From contig CAZNMD010000003.1 of the NCBI GenBank assembly GCA_964574355.1, forward strand, positions 5,316 through 69,315: DNA of 64,000 bases, given 5' to 3'. The stretch comes from an uncultured Candidatus Saccharibacteria bacterium (GTDB lineage: Bacteria > Patescibacteriota > Minisyncoccia > Phycocordibacterales > DSPV01). Positions 26,672 through 36,220 of this stretch are shown piece after piece. Both the position numbers and the translations under genes were made by a program. Under the pieces are notes generated by a model. It had not been told where the DNA came from. It was given only the letters and a program-made list of their open reading frames with translations, and did no database searches. How positions within the stretch are numbered: the stretch's first letter is position 1; every line of letters begins with the position of its first letter.

Positions 26672-26813
26672 CATGTAAAATAATATCGGTTGTGAAATTG
26701 GTCCATTATAGCGGAATAGTGATTCCTATCGGGGTATACTTATCTATCTTATTTAAGGAAAAAAGTTAGAAAAAGTATTTCGTGAAGCAGCTAGTTTCAT
26801 TGTATAGTAACTG

Positions 26814-26849
26814 ATATGCGAATTTTGATTGCTACAGGGATTTATCCGC
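26814..26849 (+). repeat. 36-bp direct repeat, copy 2 (start of the intact GT gene)
   Basis: Identical to 25676-25711; the copies start 1138 bp apart. Confidence 0.95.
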
Positions 26850-27826
26850 CAGAGGTTGGTGGGCCGGCACGATATGCGGCCGAACTTCAAAGGATATGGA
26901 AAAAAGAAGGTGATGTTGTTTTTGTTGCGGTGGCGAGCCGATTTAAGTGGCTGCCCTTTATTGTGCGACAGGTCGCCTTTTTTAAGTGGTGCATAGTAAA
27001 AGCAGTTCGGGCGAATGTTATTTTTGCTCTCGATACTTTTTCTGCCGCAGTACCGGCATTTTATGCCGCACGAATTTTAAGAAAACCCTTTGTTGTTCGT
27101 GTTGGGGGAGATTTTTTATGGGAAATGTATACTGAACGTACAAAAAAAGACATAACACTTAAAACATTTTGTGAAAATATTCCACATGATCTATCAATAA
27201 AAGAAAAAATTGTTTTTTATTTTATACGAAATATGCTTCGTGGCGCCTCTCGGGTGATATTTTCTGTTCCTTGGTATGAGACACTTGCAAAAAAAGCATA
27301 TGGGCCATTGAGAACCAGTAGTATTGTTGAAAATCCAAATGGTCCACGAGAACGTTCTTACGAACCGCAGAAAAAAGTGTTTCTTTTGGCTGGCAGAAAA
27401 ATGTTTTTAAAAAATGCTGATCGTTTTAGAAAAGCATTTGTGGAAGCGCAAAAACATAGTGATATTAGTTTTGTTGAGGATAGGGTTTCTCGAGAAAAAT
27501 ATATTGAACTATTAAAAACATGTTATGTGGTTGCGATTCCATCACTTTCTGAGGTGAGTCCAAATACCGCCCTTGATGCTATTCGTTTTGGTAAGCCAAT
27601 TATTTTAACAAAAGAGTGTGGATATGCTGAACGTTTTGGTGCGGCGGCAGTGTTGGTTGATCCATTAAGTGAGGTCTCAATTCGGTCTGCTATCGAGTTA
27701 TTGAGTTCATCTGTTGCGTATGCTGAGGCGGCGCGCGCCGCAGAAGCAATTTCTTGTACAAGAAATTTTGAAGAAGTGGCGTTAGAAATTCGCGGTATCA
27801 TAAAGGATATATGCGCGTTATCGTAA
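26816..27826 (+). CDS. Glycosyltransferase family 4
   Basis: 'MRILIATGIYPPEVGGPARY', 'PSLSEVSPNTALDA...KPII'. Confidence 0.85.
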   Translation: MRILIATGIYPPEVGGPARYAAELQRIWKKEGDVVFVAVASRFKWLPFIVRQVAFFKWCIVKAVRANVIFALDTFSAAVPAFYAARILRKPFVVRVGGDFLWEMYTERTKKDITLKTFCENIPHDLSIKEKIVFYFIRNMLRGASRVIFSVPWYETLAKKAYGPLRTSSIVENPNGPRERSYEPQKKVFLLAGRKMFLKNADRFRKAFVEAQKHSDISFVEDRVSREKYIELLKTCYVVAIPSLSEVSPNTALDAIRFGKPIILTKECGYAERFGAAAVLVDPLSEVSIRSAIELLSSSVAYAEAARAAEAISCTRNFEEVALEIRGIIKDICALS

Positions 27827-28977
27827 TTGGTTCAGAGAGAAATTTGTTTAAAGAGGGAAGTGCTGCCCGAGAACGTATCGCGGGATACGGGGCGCTTTTT
27901 GAGGAACTTCACCTTATTGTTTTTACTGGGCGAGGATCTGAATTTAGAGAACAAAAAATTGCTGATAATGTATTTGTGTATCCGACACGATCATGGTCAC
28001 GCTTTTTTTATGTTTTTGACGCAAAGAACATTGCTCGTCGACTACGGCGTTCTTTTTCGACTCATCCGTTGAGCGACTCACGGGTTGTTGTTTCTGCACA
28101 GGATCCTTTTGAAGCTGGTCTTGTTGCAAGGCAAGTGGCATCTTTGTTTCCTGCCAAACTTCATCTCCAGATTCATACGGATTTTTTGTCACCCTATTTT
28201 GGTTCCTCTGTTCTTAATCGGACGCGAGTTGCTATTGCAAAGAGAATTTTACCGTTCGCCGATTCTGTGCGGGTAGTCTCGAAGACGATAGAACAAGGGC
28301 TTGTTGAGTCCGGTCTGGTTGATAAAGAGAAAATAAGAGTACTCCCAATTTATGTTGATGGTTCGACTTTTGATGAACATGTCGTTATTGATTCTGATAC
28401 TGATTTACGAAAAAAATTTCCTGAATATAAATTTATTGCCCTTATGGCTTCGCGTTTAGCTCCTGAAAAAGATATGGGGCTTGCGATTCGAGCTATTGGA
28501 AAATTAGCAAAAGAAAATCAACATATTGGTCTTGTTTTAGTGGGTGAGGGGCCAGAAAAGCACCGTCTCATGAAACTCGCTGGTACCTGCGGAGCGGGAA
28601 AAAATGTTCGATTTCTTCCTTGGCAAAGACATTTAGGGAGTCTCTATAAGACGGCTAATGTATTTATCCTTACTTCTTCATTCGAGGGCTATGGAATGGC
28701 GCTGGTTGAAGCTGCTCTTTCGGGAACTCCTATTATTTCAACAAAGGTTGGTATCGCCGTTGAATTAAAAGATGGTAAGGAGGCTCTTTTGTGTGATGTT
28801 GGAGACGAAGAGTGTTTTCTTAAAAAAATGCGTCTTTTAGTGCATGATCATTCCCTGCGACAACTTCTTAAAGCAAATGCTCGTTTGTGGATGCTTTCTC
28901 ATTTGCCAGATAAAGAGACGTATCTCAGGCAGTATAAAGAATCATTTGAGCTTGCCTTTACTATAGGGGCCAGGTGA
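27811..28977 (+). CDS. Glycosyltransferase family 4
   Basis: 'ASRLAPEKD', 'SSFEGYGMALVEAALSGTPII'. Confidence 0.88.
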   Translation: MRVIVIGSERNLFKEGSAARERIAGYGALFEELHLIVFTGRGSEFREQKIADNVFVYPTRSWSRFFYVFDAKNIARRLRRSFSTHPLSDSRVVVSAQDPFEAGLVARQVASLFPAKLHLQIHTDFLSPYFGSSVLNRTRVAIAKRILPFADSVRVVSKTIEQGLVESGLVDKEKIRVLPIYVDGSTFDEHVVIDSDTDLRKKFPEYKFIALMASRLAPEKDMGLAIRAIGKLAKENQHIGLVLVGEGPEKHRLMKLAGTCGAGKNVRFLPWQRHLGSLYKTANVFILTSSFEGYGMALVEAALSGTPIISTKVGIAVELKDGKEALLCDVGDEECFLKKMRLLVHDHSLRQLLKANARLWMLSHLPDKETYLRQYKESFELAFTIGAR

Positions 28978-29117
28978 TAATGCCCCGCGTGTCAGTTTCA
29001 ATGAAAAACAGTTTGGAAAAGACAAAGAGGGCGTTATGCTGTTGAGAGCCCTTGAAAAGAAAAATATAGAGTTGCTGGTTGATTCTCAAAAAGATCCTGA
29101 CCTTCTTCAAGGAGTAT

Positions 29118-30176
29118 ATGGTAAAAAAATTACTCATCGTCACACAAAAAGTAGATAAGAACGATCCCGTTCTTGGTTTTTTTCATACGTGGCTTTTGGA
29201 GTTTGCTAAACAAGTTGAACAGGTGATTGTAATCGGACTTTCGGTTGGGGAACATAATTTGCCGAAGAATGTTCGTGTGATTTCGCTTGAAAAAGAAAAG
29301 GGAAAAGGAAGAATTGCTCGAACAATAACTTTTTTACAAACCATTATTGCACTGAAAAGAGAGTATGATTCTGTGTTTGTTCATATGAACCCGGAATACG
29401 TCGCTCTTGCGGGACTTATATGGCAAGGAATGAGAAAAAAGGTTTCTTTGTGGTATACCCATCGAAATGTTGATCTCAAGTTAAAACTTGCTGTTACATT
29501 TTCTGACGTTGTTTTTACTGCGTCACCCGAAAGTTGTCGTATTAAAAGTAAAAAAATTAAAATTATTGGGCACGGAGTTGATGTTGATCTTTTTAATGCG
29601 GTTGTTCACGACAAATCAGTTGATGTAAATCGTACTATTCGCATTGCTCACATTGGTCGTATTACGCCGATAAAAAATTGCGAAACACTTATCGAAGCGA
29701 TTTCGTTGATAAATCGTGAGCGGCCCGTTAGTCTTACTTTTGTGGGAGGAGGGGTAATGGCAGGTGATACGTCGTACGAGGCCAATCTTTCTCGATTGAT
29801 TAAAGAGCGAGGTCTTGAAGATCAAGTGATTTTTAAGGGCAGTATTGTTCATGCGGCATTACCGGCATTTTTAAGTTCAGTTGATGTGACCATCAATGGT
29901 ACGCCAACGGGAGGCCTTGATAAGGTTGTGCTTGAATCAATGGCGGCCGGGGTACCTGTTTTGACTAGTAATACCTCTTTTTCGCCATTCTTTGGAGATA
30001 ATGCTTCACGACTTATCTTTAAAGAGCGTGATGCAAAAGATCTTGCTTTTAAAATAGTCGCACTGTGTTCAAGCCAAGATTTTTTATCCTTAGGCGAATT
30101 TCTTAAAAAAAGTGCTTCACGTTTCGGTATTCCACGTCTTATTGGTCAAATAATTACAGAACTTAAGACGGAATAA
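29118..30176 (+). CDS. Glycosyltransferase family 4
   Basis: 'GRITPIKN', 'GGLDKVVLESMAAGVPV'; ATG at 29118 after AAGGAG. Confidence 0.88.
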   Translation: MVKKLLIVTQKVDKNDPVLGFFHTWLLEFAKQVEQVIVIGLSVGEHNLPKNVRVISLEKEKGKGRIARTITFLQTIIALKREYDSVFVHMNPEYVALAGLIWQGMRKKVSLWYTHRNVDLKLKLAVTFSDVVFTASPESCRIKSKKIKIIGHGVDVDLFNAVVHDKSVDVNRTIRIAHIGRITPIKNCETLIEAISLINRERPVSLTFVGGGVMAGDTSYEANLSRLIKERGLEDQVIFKGSIVHAALPAFLSSVDVTINGTPTGGLDKVVLESMAAGVPVLTSNTSFSPFFGDNASRLIFKERDAKDLAFKIVALCSSQDFLSLGEFLKKSASRFGIPRLIGQIITELKTE

Positions 30177-30220
30177 ATACAGTATTATTTCGGGACTTTT
30201 TATGATATCCTCAACCCACT

Positions 30221-31288
30221 ATGAGAGTATGCTATTTTGGCATCTTTGATCCGGCCTATTGTCGTAATAAAAACATCATTAAGGGCTTACGAAAAGCCGG
30301 AGTGGGTGTCATTGAGGTTATTGATACCACTCGGGGACCTATTAAATTTTGGCGGCTTTTGAAGAAGTACTGGCCGATTCGAAAAGATTATGATGCTATG
30401 ATTGTCGGTTTTCCGGGGCAAATTATTGTTCCGTTTGCAAAGCTTTTAACTCGCCGGCCAGTTATTTTTGATCTGCATGTTTCTTACTACGACAGTATCA
30501 TCAAAGAGAGAAAGCAATTTGGAGATAAAACTTGGGCTGCTCTTAAATTTTATCTCATGGATTGGGTCGCTTGTCGGATGGCTGATCTTGTACTACTTGA
30601 TACCGAAGAACATGTTCGTTATGTCGCCGAGCTTTTACACATTTCGCCGAAAAAATTTGGAGTGGTTCGACATGGTATAGATAATGAGCTTTTTGCTCCG
30701 CCGGCTGCTCGGGTGCAAAAAAATCCCGGCGATCCAATGATAGTTTCGTTCCATGGGTATATCCAACTTTTAAATGGAATGGATTTGGTTGTTCGGGCAA
30801 TGGATCAGCTTAAAAATGAACCCATAAAGCTTTGGATTATTGGTGGTGGTAGCGAGTATCCAAAAATGCAGACATTGGCCCGAGAATTGAATCTTTCTAA
30901 TGTAGAATTTTTCCCGCCGATGGCACCACCAGATTTGGCTAAAAAAATTGCTAATGCTGATGTTGGTTTAGGATTTTTCTCAAAGAGTTTAAAAATTGAT
31001 CGTGTGATTGCGAATAAGGTTGTTGAACTTATGGCTTTAAAGGTTCCGGTTCTGACAGGAGATTCTGTTGCGATGCGAGAGTGTTTTACTCAAAAGGAAG
31101 AAGTTTTTTATTGTGAACGAGGGAGTGTTGAATCTATTGTGGCGGCATTAAGGGAGTTGGCTCTAAAACCAGATATGCGCTCAAAAATTGCTGAAGGTGG
31201 GTATAAGAGGGTGACGGGTGGCATGACGTATGTTGATGCGGGTAAACAAACAGTTGCTCTTGTTGAGCGTTTTGTGAAATCAAAATAA
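30221..31288 (+). CDS. Glycosyltransferase family 4
   Basis: GT-B fold C-terminus 'IANKVVELMALKVPVL'. Confidence 0.82.
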   Translation: MRVCYFGIFDPAYCRNKNIIKGLRKAGVGVIEVIDTTRGPIKFWRLLKKYWPIRKDYDAMIVGFPGQIIVPFAKLLTRRPVIFDLHVSYYDSIIKERKQFGDKTWAALKFYLMDWVACRMADLVLLDTEEHVRYVAELLHISPKKFGVVRHGIDNELFAPPAARVQKNPGDPMIVSFHGYIQLLNGMDLVVRAMDQLKNEPIKLWIIGGGSEYPKMQTLARELNLSNVEFFPPMAPPDLAKKIANADVGLGFFSKSLKIDRVIANKVVELMALKVPVLTGDSVAMRECFTQKEEVFYCERGSVESIVAALRELALKPDMRSKIAEGGYKRVTGGMTYVDAGKQTVALVERFVKSK

Positions 31289-31290
31289 AT

Positions 31291-32283
31291 ATGGCAAACG
31301 TTAAGCATAAAAAACGAGAGGATTCGAGAATTCGAGTTTTAGTTACCGGTGGGGCCGGGTACGTTGGTGGTGCAGTTACTGATATTTTGGCCTCAATGCC
31401 GGAGAGATATGAATTTCGAGTGTATGACACTTTGTTATATGAGGAGTCGTATAGGAAACCGGTACCGTTTGTGTATGGTGATATTTTAGATATTCCTCGC
31501 CTTAAAGAACAATTAGAATGGGCAGATGCTGTTATTTGGCTCGCTGCAATTGTTGGTGATGGTGCATGTAAGTGGGACGAAGTTTTGACTACAAAAACTA
31601 ACCAAGAATCATTAGGGTGGCTCGCAGAAAATTTTTCAGGACGAATTATTTTTGCTTCCACGTGTTCGGTGTATGGGGCACAAGAGACGGCTTTATTAAC
31701 AGAATCTTCTCCTTTAAATCCCCTCTCTTTGTATGCGTACACAAAAATTGAGGCAGAAAAATTGCTTGCTAAAAAGGATGCGGTGATATTTCGATTAGGC
31801 ACACTTTTTGGTGTATCTGATATTTTTTCTCGTGTCCGTATGGATTTGGTTGCCAATTTATTAACCGCGAGGGCGCTTATGACCGGTACAATTGATGTGT
31901 TTGGGGGTGAGCAGTATCGTCCGCTTCTTCATGTGAAAGATGCTGCGGTCGCGTTTGTTTCAGCTCTTGAGGTTTCTTCGCTCAAGCAGGCCGAGATTTA
32001 TAATATTTCTTACAAAAATATACGAATGCTTGAGTTGGCAAATCTTGTTGTTAAGCATTTTCCAAAAGTTAAGGTAAAAGTTACGGATATGCCGTTTGAG
32101 GATTTACGTAATTACTCAGTTTCGCCAGAGAAAGCAAAAAAAGAACTTGGGTTTAATCCAACCCATACGATTGATGAAGGTATTACTGAAGTTGCCGCCC
32201 TCTTGACTGATAAGCGGGTTAAGGATTTTAATAATCCTCGTTATAGTAACCAATCGTTCTTAAAAGATATGTTAAAGCGATAA
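31291..32283 (+). CDS. NAD-dependent epimerase/dehydratase (SDR)
   Basis: 'VTGGAGYVGG', 'ASTCSVYG', YxxxK 'YAYTK'. Confidence 0.9.
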   Translation: MANVKHKKREDSRIRVLVTGGAGYVGGAVTDILASMPERYEFRVYDTLLYEESYRKPVPFVYGDILDIPRLKEQLEWADAVIWLAAIVGDGACKWDEVLTTKTNQESLGWLAENFSGRIIFASTCSVYGAQETALLTESSPLNPLSLYAYTKIEAEKLLAKKDAVIFRLGTLFGVSDIFSRVRMDLVANLLTARALMTGTIDVFGGEQYRPLLHVKDAAVAFVSALEVSSLKQAEIYNISYKNIRMLELANLVVKHFPKVKVKVTDMPFEDLRNYSVSPEKAKKELGFNPTHTIDEGITEVAALLTDKRVKDFNNPRYSNQSFLKDMLKR

Positions 32284-32302
32284 ATGGTAGGTATGTAATT
32301 TT

Positions 32303-32752
32303 ATGAAAGATACACCGACACTTATTGAGGGGGGGCTTGCGGTTGATGATCGCGGGTATGTGGCGTTTTCAAATGGCTTTGCGTTTGAAGGAGTAAAGCG
32401 TTTTTATGCAGTAGAAAATTTTAATAAAGATACTATTCGAGCGTGGCACGGGCACGAGAAGGAAGGGAAATACGTTTTTGTTTCGAGTGGCACTGCGATA
32501 GTGGCAGCGGTGAAGATGACTGATACAAAAAAACCGAGTAAGAAAGAAAAAATTGAGAGATATGTGCTCTCGTCTCGAAAACCTTCGATTCTTTGGATTC
32601 CCTCGGGATATGCAAATGGTTTTAAGTCACTTGAATCGGGTACGAAGTTGTTTTTCTTTTCAACTTCAACACTTGAAGAGTCAAAGGGTGATGATTATCG
32701 ATTTCCGGTCGATTATTGGGGAGACACTATATGGCAGGTAGAAAACAGGTAA
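32303..32752 (+). CDS. Cupin sugar epimerase (dTDP-4-dehydrorhamnose 3,5-epimerase-like)
   Basis: 'DDRG', 'IRAWHGH', 'IPSGYANGF'. Confidence 0.82.
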   Translation: MKDTPTLIEGGLAVDDRGYVAFSNGFAFEGVKRFYAVENFNKDTIRAWHGHEKEGKYVFVSSGTAIVAAVKMTDTKKPSKKEKIERYVLSSRKPSILWIPSGYANGFKSLESGTKLFFFSTSTLEESKGDDYRFPVDYWGDTIWQVENR

Positions 32753-33678
32753 AGAGAAAAACTCCCGTTGCGGTGAAAAAAGATGCTCGACCTCGAGTGT
32801 TGGTTCTTGGTATTACGGGAATGTTAGGTTCAATGATGTTTCGTTACCTAAACAAACAAGGTTTTTTGGTTGCTGGTACAGTTCGGAATAAAAAATTTAT
32901 ACCGAAAAAAAGCACTACTCCTATTTTTGATTTTGATGCTGAAAAAGCAGTTCTCGATGAGCGAGTTTTCAAAAAATGGAAGCCAACATATGTTATTAAT
33001 TGTATTGGTATTATTAAGCCCTATTGTAAGGATGATGATCCTCTTGGTGTTTTGCGCGCTATTCGAGTAAATGCATTGTTTCCCCATCTTCTCGCTCAGC
33101 TTGGTGAGCGATACGGTTTTCGAACAATTCAAATTGCGACAGATTGTGTGTATAGTGGGACTAAGGGTGGGTATGTTGAGACTGATTTGCATGACGCTCT
33201 TGATGTGTACGGTAAAACAAAAAGTCTTGGCGAGGTTCATCGTGGAAAATTTTTAAATATCCGAACTTCAATTATTGGTCCAGAAGAGAAGGGCAAGCTT
33301 TCACTTTTGGAATGGTTTTTATCTCAACCAAAGGGTTCGTCTATTAAAGGTTTTGCACATCATCGCTGGAATGGGGTGACGGTTTTACAGTTTGCCGAGC
33401 TTGTTGCGGGTATCATTAATCGTGGCGCGCAACATTTTGATACGTTAGTGGCAACTTCTTTTGTTCATCATTTTGTTCCCAATAAACCGGTTGATAAATA
33501 TGAATTGATGCATATTTTTAACGAGGTGTTTAAGCGTGATCTTGTTATTGATCGGGTTGATACGATTGGGCCACCGGTTGATCGGACTCTTCATACTCGT
33601 TTTGCTTTGGTGCAAGGAGGTGTTGAGTTGCCAATGAAAGAAGCGATTGAAGCTTTGGTAGCATATATCAATAAGTAA
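32731..33678 (+). CDS. dTDP-4-dehydrorhamnose reductase-like (RmlD family) SDR
   Basis: 'LGITGMLG', 'INCIGIIK', 'ATDCVYSG', 'YGKTKSLGE', 'RTSIIG'. Confidence 0.85.
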   Translation: MAGRKQVKRKTPVAVKKDARPRVLVLGITGMLGSMMFRYLNKQGFLVAGTVRNKKFIPKKSTTPIFDFDAEKAVLDERVFKKWKPTYVINCIGIIKPYCKDDDPLGVLRAIRVNALFPHLLAQLGERYGFRTIQIATDCVYSGTKGGYVETDLHDALDVYGKTKSLGEVHRGKFLNIRTSIIGPEEKGKLSLLEWFLSQPKGSSIKGFAHHRWNGVTVLQFAELVAGIINRGAQHFDTLVATSFVHHFVPNKPVDKYELMHIFNEVFKRDLVIDRVDTIGPPVDRTLHTRFALVQGGVELPMKEAIEALVAYINK

Positions 33679-33708
33679 TAATAGTGAGTGTAGTACACTG
33701 ATATTTCT

Positions 33709-34365
33709 ATGAGCGAAGTCATAAAAGATTTTTATAACAATCATAAGGCGTTTGGCATTAATTCTTTGCGTCGTCGCAAAATTCACGCACTTGCCAATAA
33801 AGCATTTGCTGGAGAAAAAAAACGTGTTTTGGATGTTGGGTGTACAAGCGGCTACGTGTCAGCTCCTCTTAAAGAGGCTGGGCATTATGTTGTTGGGATT
33901 GATATCGCGGATAAGCCGATTGCTGAAGCGAAAAAAGTTCTTAATGAAGCCTACGTTGTAGATATCGAGCGTTATCCGTGGCCCAAGGAGGTAGAAGGGA
34001 AAAAATTTGATCTTATTATTCTAGGTGAAGTTATTGAACACCTTTTTGATCAGTCAGCAATTCTTCAGCAATTGAAGAAATTGCTTTCGCCAGGGGGGTA
34101 TATTTTAGTAACGACGCCAAATCTTTTAATTTGGAGTGAGCGTGTTCGGATGCTTTTGGGTACGTACGAAAATAAGGATGCGGGACATATTCGAATGCTT
34201 TCATTTAGAACGTTTAGGATGTTATGTGATAAAGAGGGTTTGTTGATTGTTGCCGAGGATCATGTTTGGAAACCAAACTGGTTAGAACGTTTTCAAGCGT
34301 TTCTTCCGGCAAATATGTTTGCGTATCAGATTGTTACGTTGCTTCAAGATAATCATTCGTCATGA
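33709..34365 (+). CDS. Class I SAM-dependent methyltransferase
   Basis: 'VLDVGCTSG', 'FDLIILGEVIEHL', 'VTTPN'. Confidence 0.88.
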   Translation: MSEVIKDFYNNHKAFGINSLRRRKIHALANKAFAGEKKRVLDVGCTSGYVSAPLKEAGHYVVGIDIADKPIAEAKKVLNEAYVVDIERYPWPKEVEGKKFDLIILGEVIEHLFDQSAILQQLKKLLSPGGYILVTTPNLLIWSERVRMLLGTYENKDAGHIRMLSFRTFRMLCDKEGLLIVAEDHVWKPNWLERFQAFLPANMFAYQIVTLLQDNHSS

Positions 34366-35357
34366 TGAGTGCGAGTGAAAAACGAGCCGTTGCGGTTATT
34401 AACCCACGGGAGGCGGATGGTTTAGCTAGAACATTGCTTGATGGATTTTCTTTGTTGGCCGAGCGAGGAGATATTGAACTAAAATTGTCGTCCTCTTTTG
34501 AATATGATGTACCGCTCTCTGATAAGATTTTATCCCGACCCGATTTTATTTCTTTTGCTCGAAAAGCTGATGCGGTCGTTCTTATAAACGGAAAATATGG
34601 TACCGATGTGCGACTTGCTGAAGATGTTGATTCTTTTGAAAAAACAGCTTTTATTGATGGTTCAGAGTTGGGTGGTAATAATCGTTTAGATGTTGAAGTG
34701 TTGCGTCGTGTACTTGATGGCACATACAAAGGAAAAGGTGCTATCGATAAGGATATGCTTGCTCGATGTCTTCTCTATATGCGTCGAGAAAAGCCATATG
34801 TAAAAGGGGTAGTACCCCTTCCTTTTGGAATAGAGAGTTTGTATACAAGGGCGTGGACTGCTCGTCCACCAAAAGACATTGATTTTGTCTGTATATTTGG
34901 TCAAGAAGAGTATCCGCCGTTTAGGCGTTATGTAAGAGAGGAATTAGAACGGTTTTGTAAAAAGGAAGGCTTTGTTTGTGTTACAGATAAAATGCCTCGT
35001 TCGGAATTTTATCGAACATTGGCCCGTGCGAAGGTAGGGGTTTCTGTTGGTGGCGGAGGGTTTGACACGTTACGTTTTTGGGAAATTTTAGGAGCAAATG
35101 CTGTTTTGATGACTGAGACAATTGATATTTTTCCAAAATATGACACATCTCTTGATTTTGAGCGGATTTGGCAATTTAATAATCTGTTCGATTTTTCTTA
35201 TGAATTAGAAAGAGTAGGGGCATTTCTTAAGGAGGAGTATACAAAAGTTTTTCAAACGAAAGCTTGGCAGGATGAATATGATACTATTCTCGCAACACAT
35301 GGTTCAATTGCTCGTGCGCAGACTGTGTTGAATGAAATTGCAAAAAGACGACCATGA
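34362..35357 (+). CDS. Putative glycosyltransferase (GT-B-like C-terminus)
   Basis: 'FYRTLARAKVGVSVGGGGFDTLRFWEILG' plus position in the glycan locus. Confidence 0.6.
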   Translation: MMSASEKRAVAVINPREADGLARTLLDGFSLLAERGDIELKLSSSFEYDVPLSDKILSRPDFISFARKADAVVLINGKYGTDVRLAEDVDSFEKTAFIDGSELGGNNRLDVEVLRRVLDGTYKGKGAIDKDMLARCLLYMRREKPYVKGVVPLPFGIESLYTRAWTARPPKDIDFVCIFGQEEYPPFRRYVREELERFCKKEGFVCVTDKMPRSEFYRTLARAKVGVSVGGGGFDTLRFWEILGANAVLMTETIDIFPKYDTSLDFERIWQFNNLFDFSYELERVGAFLKEEYTKVFQTKAWQDEYDTILATHGSIARAQTVLNEIAKRRP

Positions 35358-36163
35358 ACAACGTATCTTCTTTAGAAAAAAAAGAAACATGTGCGATTCT
35401 TATCGCTTCGTGTAAGGCCTATAGTGATTCATGGAAGCCATTTTTTACTCAGTTTTTTAAATATTGGACTGATTGTCCGTTTCCAATATATTTAGTGACT
35501 GAGGGGGGAGAGTCACCAGATCCACGTGTGAATATGATTATGCTTCAAAAAGATTTGGGTTGGTCTGATAATGTACGCGAGGCTTTACGAATCATTAATT
35601 TGCCGTATGTGATTTATATTCTTGATGATGTGCCATTAATGAGTAAGGTTGATACGCAAAGAATCCTTTCTCTTCTTTCTCTTATGAAAAAAGAAAAGGC
35701 AGGATATTTACGTTTGTATCCGGCGCCAGGTCCACAGCATTCATATAAAAATTATGGTGAAGTGGGTGAAATTGCTAAAGATGCATTGTATCGAACCTCA
35801 ACGATGGCGGCTCTTTGGGACGTGAACACTTTTCGATCTTTATTGGTGCCCGGTGAAAATGCGTGGCAGTTTGAAATTATTGGCACTGAGCGATCTCGAG
35901 TACTTTCGGAGCCTTTTTTGTCGGTGTGGCCAAAAGATGGTGCTGCAATAAATCATTTTGCAACTGCTATAAAAAAAGGTAAGTGGCAGTGGGACGCTGC
36001 ACGATTTTTGCGTCGAGAAGGAGTTGAAATAGATCGTGCCCGACGTGCAGTTGAGTCGTTTCCAAAATATATTGTTCGAACCATGGGAGGCATGCCGGTG
36101 ATCGGCCGTGTTGTTGGTGTTATTAATCATCGTATAAAAAAAGTATTAAAAAAGCGGGGATAG
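35354..36163 (+). CDS. Putative glycosyltransferase (GT-A-like)
   Basis: 'ILIASCKAYSDSW..FFKYW.DCPFPIY', 'YILDD' acidic motif, 'ENAWQFE'; glycan-locus context. Confidence 0.55.
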   Translation: MNNVSSLEKKETCAILIASCKAYSDSWKPFFTQFFKYWTDCPFPIYLVTEGGESPDPRVNMIMLQKDLGWSDNVREALRIINLPYVIYILDDVPLMSKVDTQRILSLLSLMKKEKAGYLRLYPAPGPQHSYKNYGEVGEIAKDALYRTSTMAALWDVNTFRSLLVPGENAWQFEIIGTERSRVLSEPFLSVWPKDGAAINHFATAIKKGKWQWDAARFLRREGVEIDRARRAVESFPKYIVRTMGGMPVIGRVVGVINHRIKKVLKKRG

Positions 36164-36220
36164 AATTTTTGTCCAAGACTATTTTCCCTTCTTGTATCCT
36201 TGTGATAGCATTCGCCCACA

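Noticed and set aside
31134-31856. 240-aa minus-strand ORF
   Set aside because: Antisense to two well-supported genes and has no recognisable motif.
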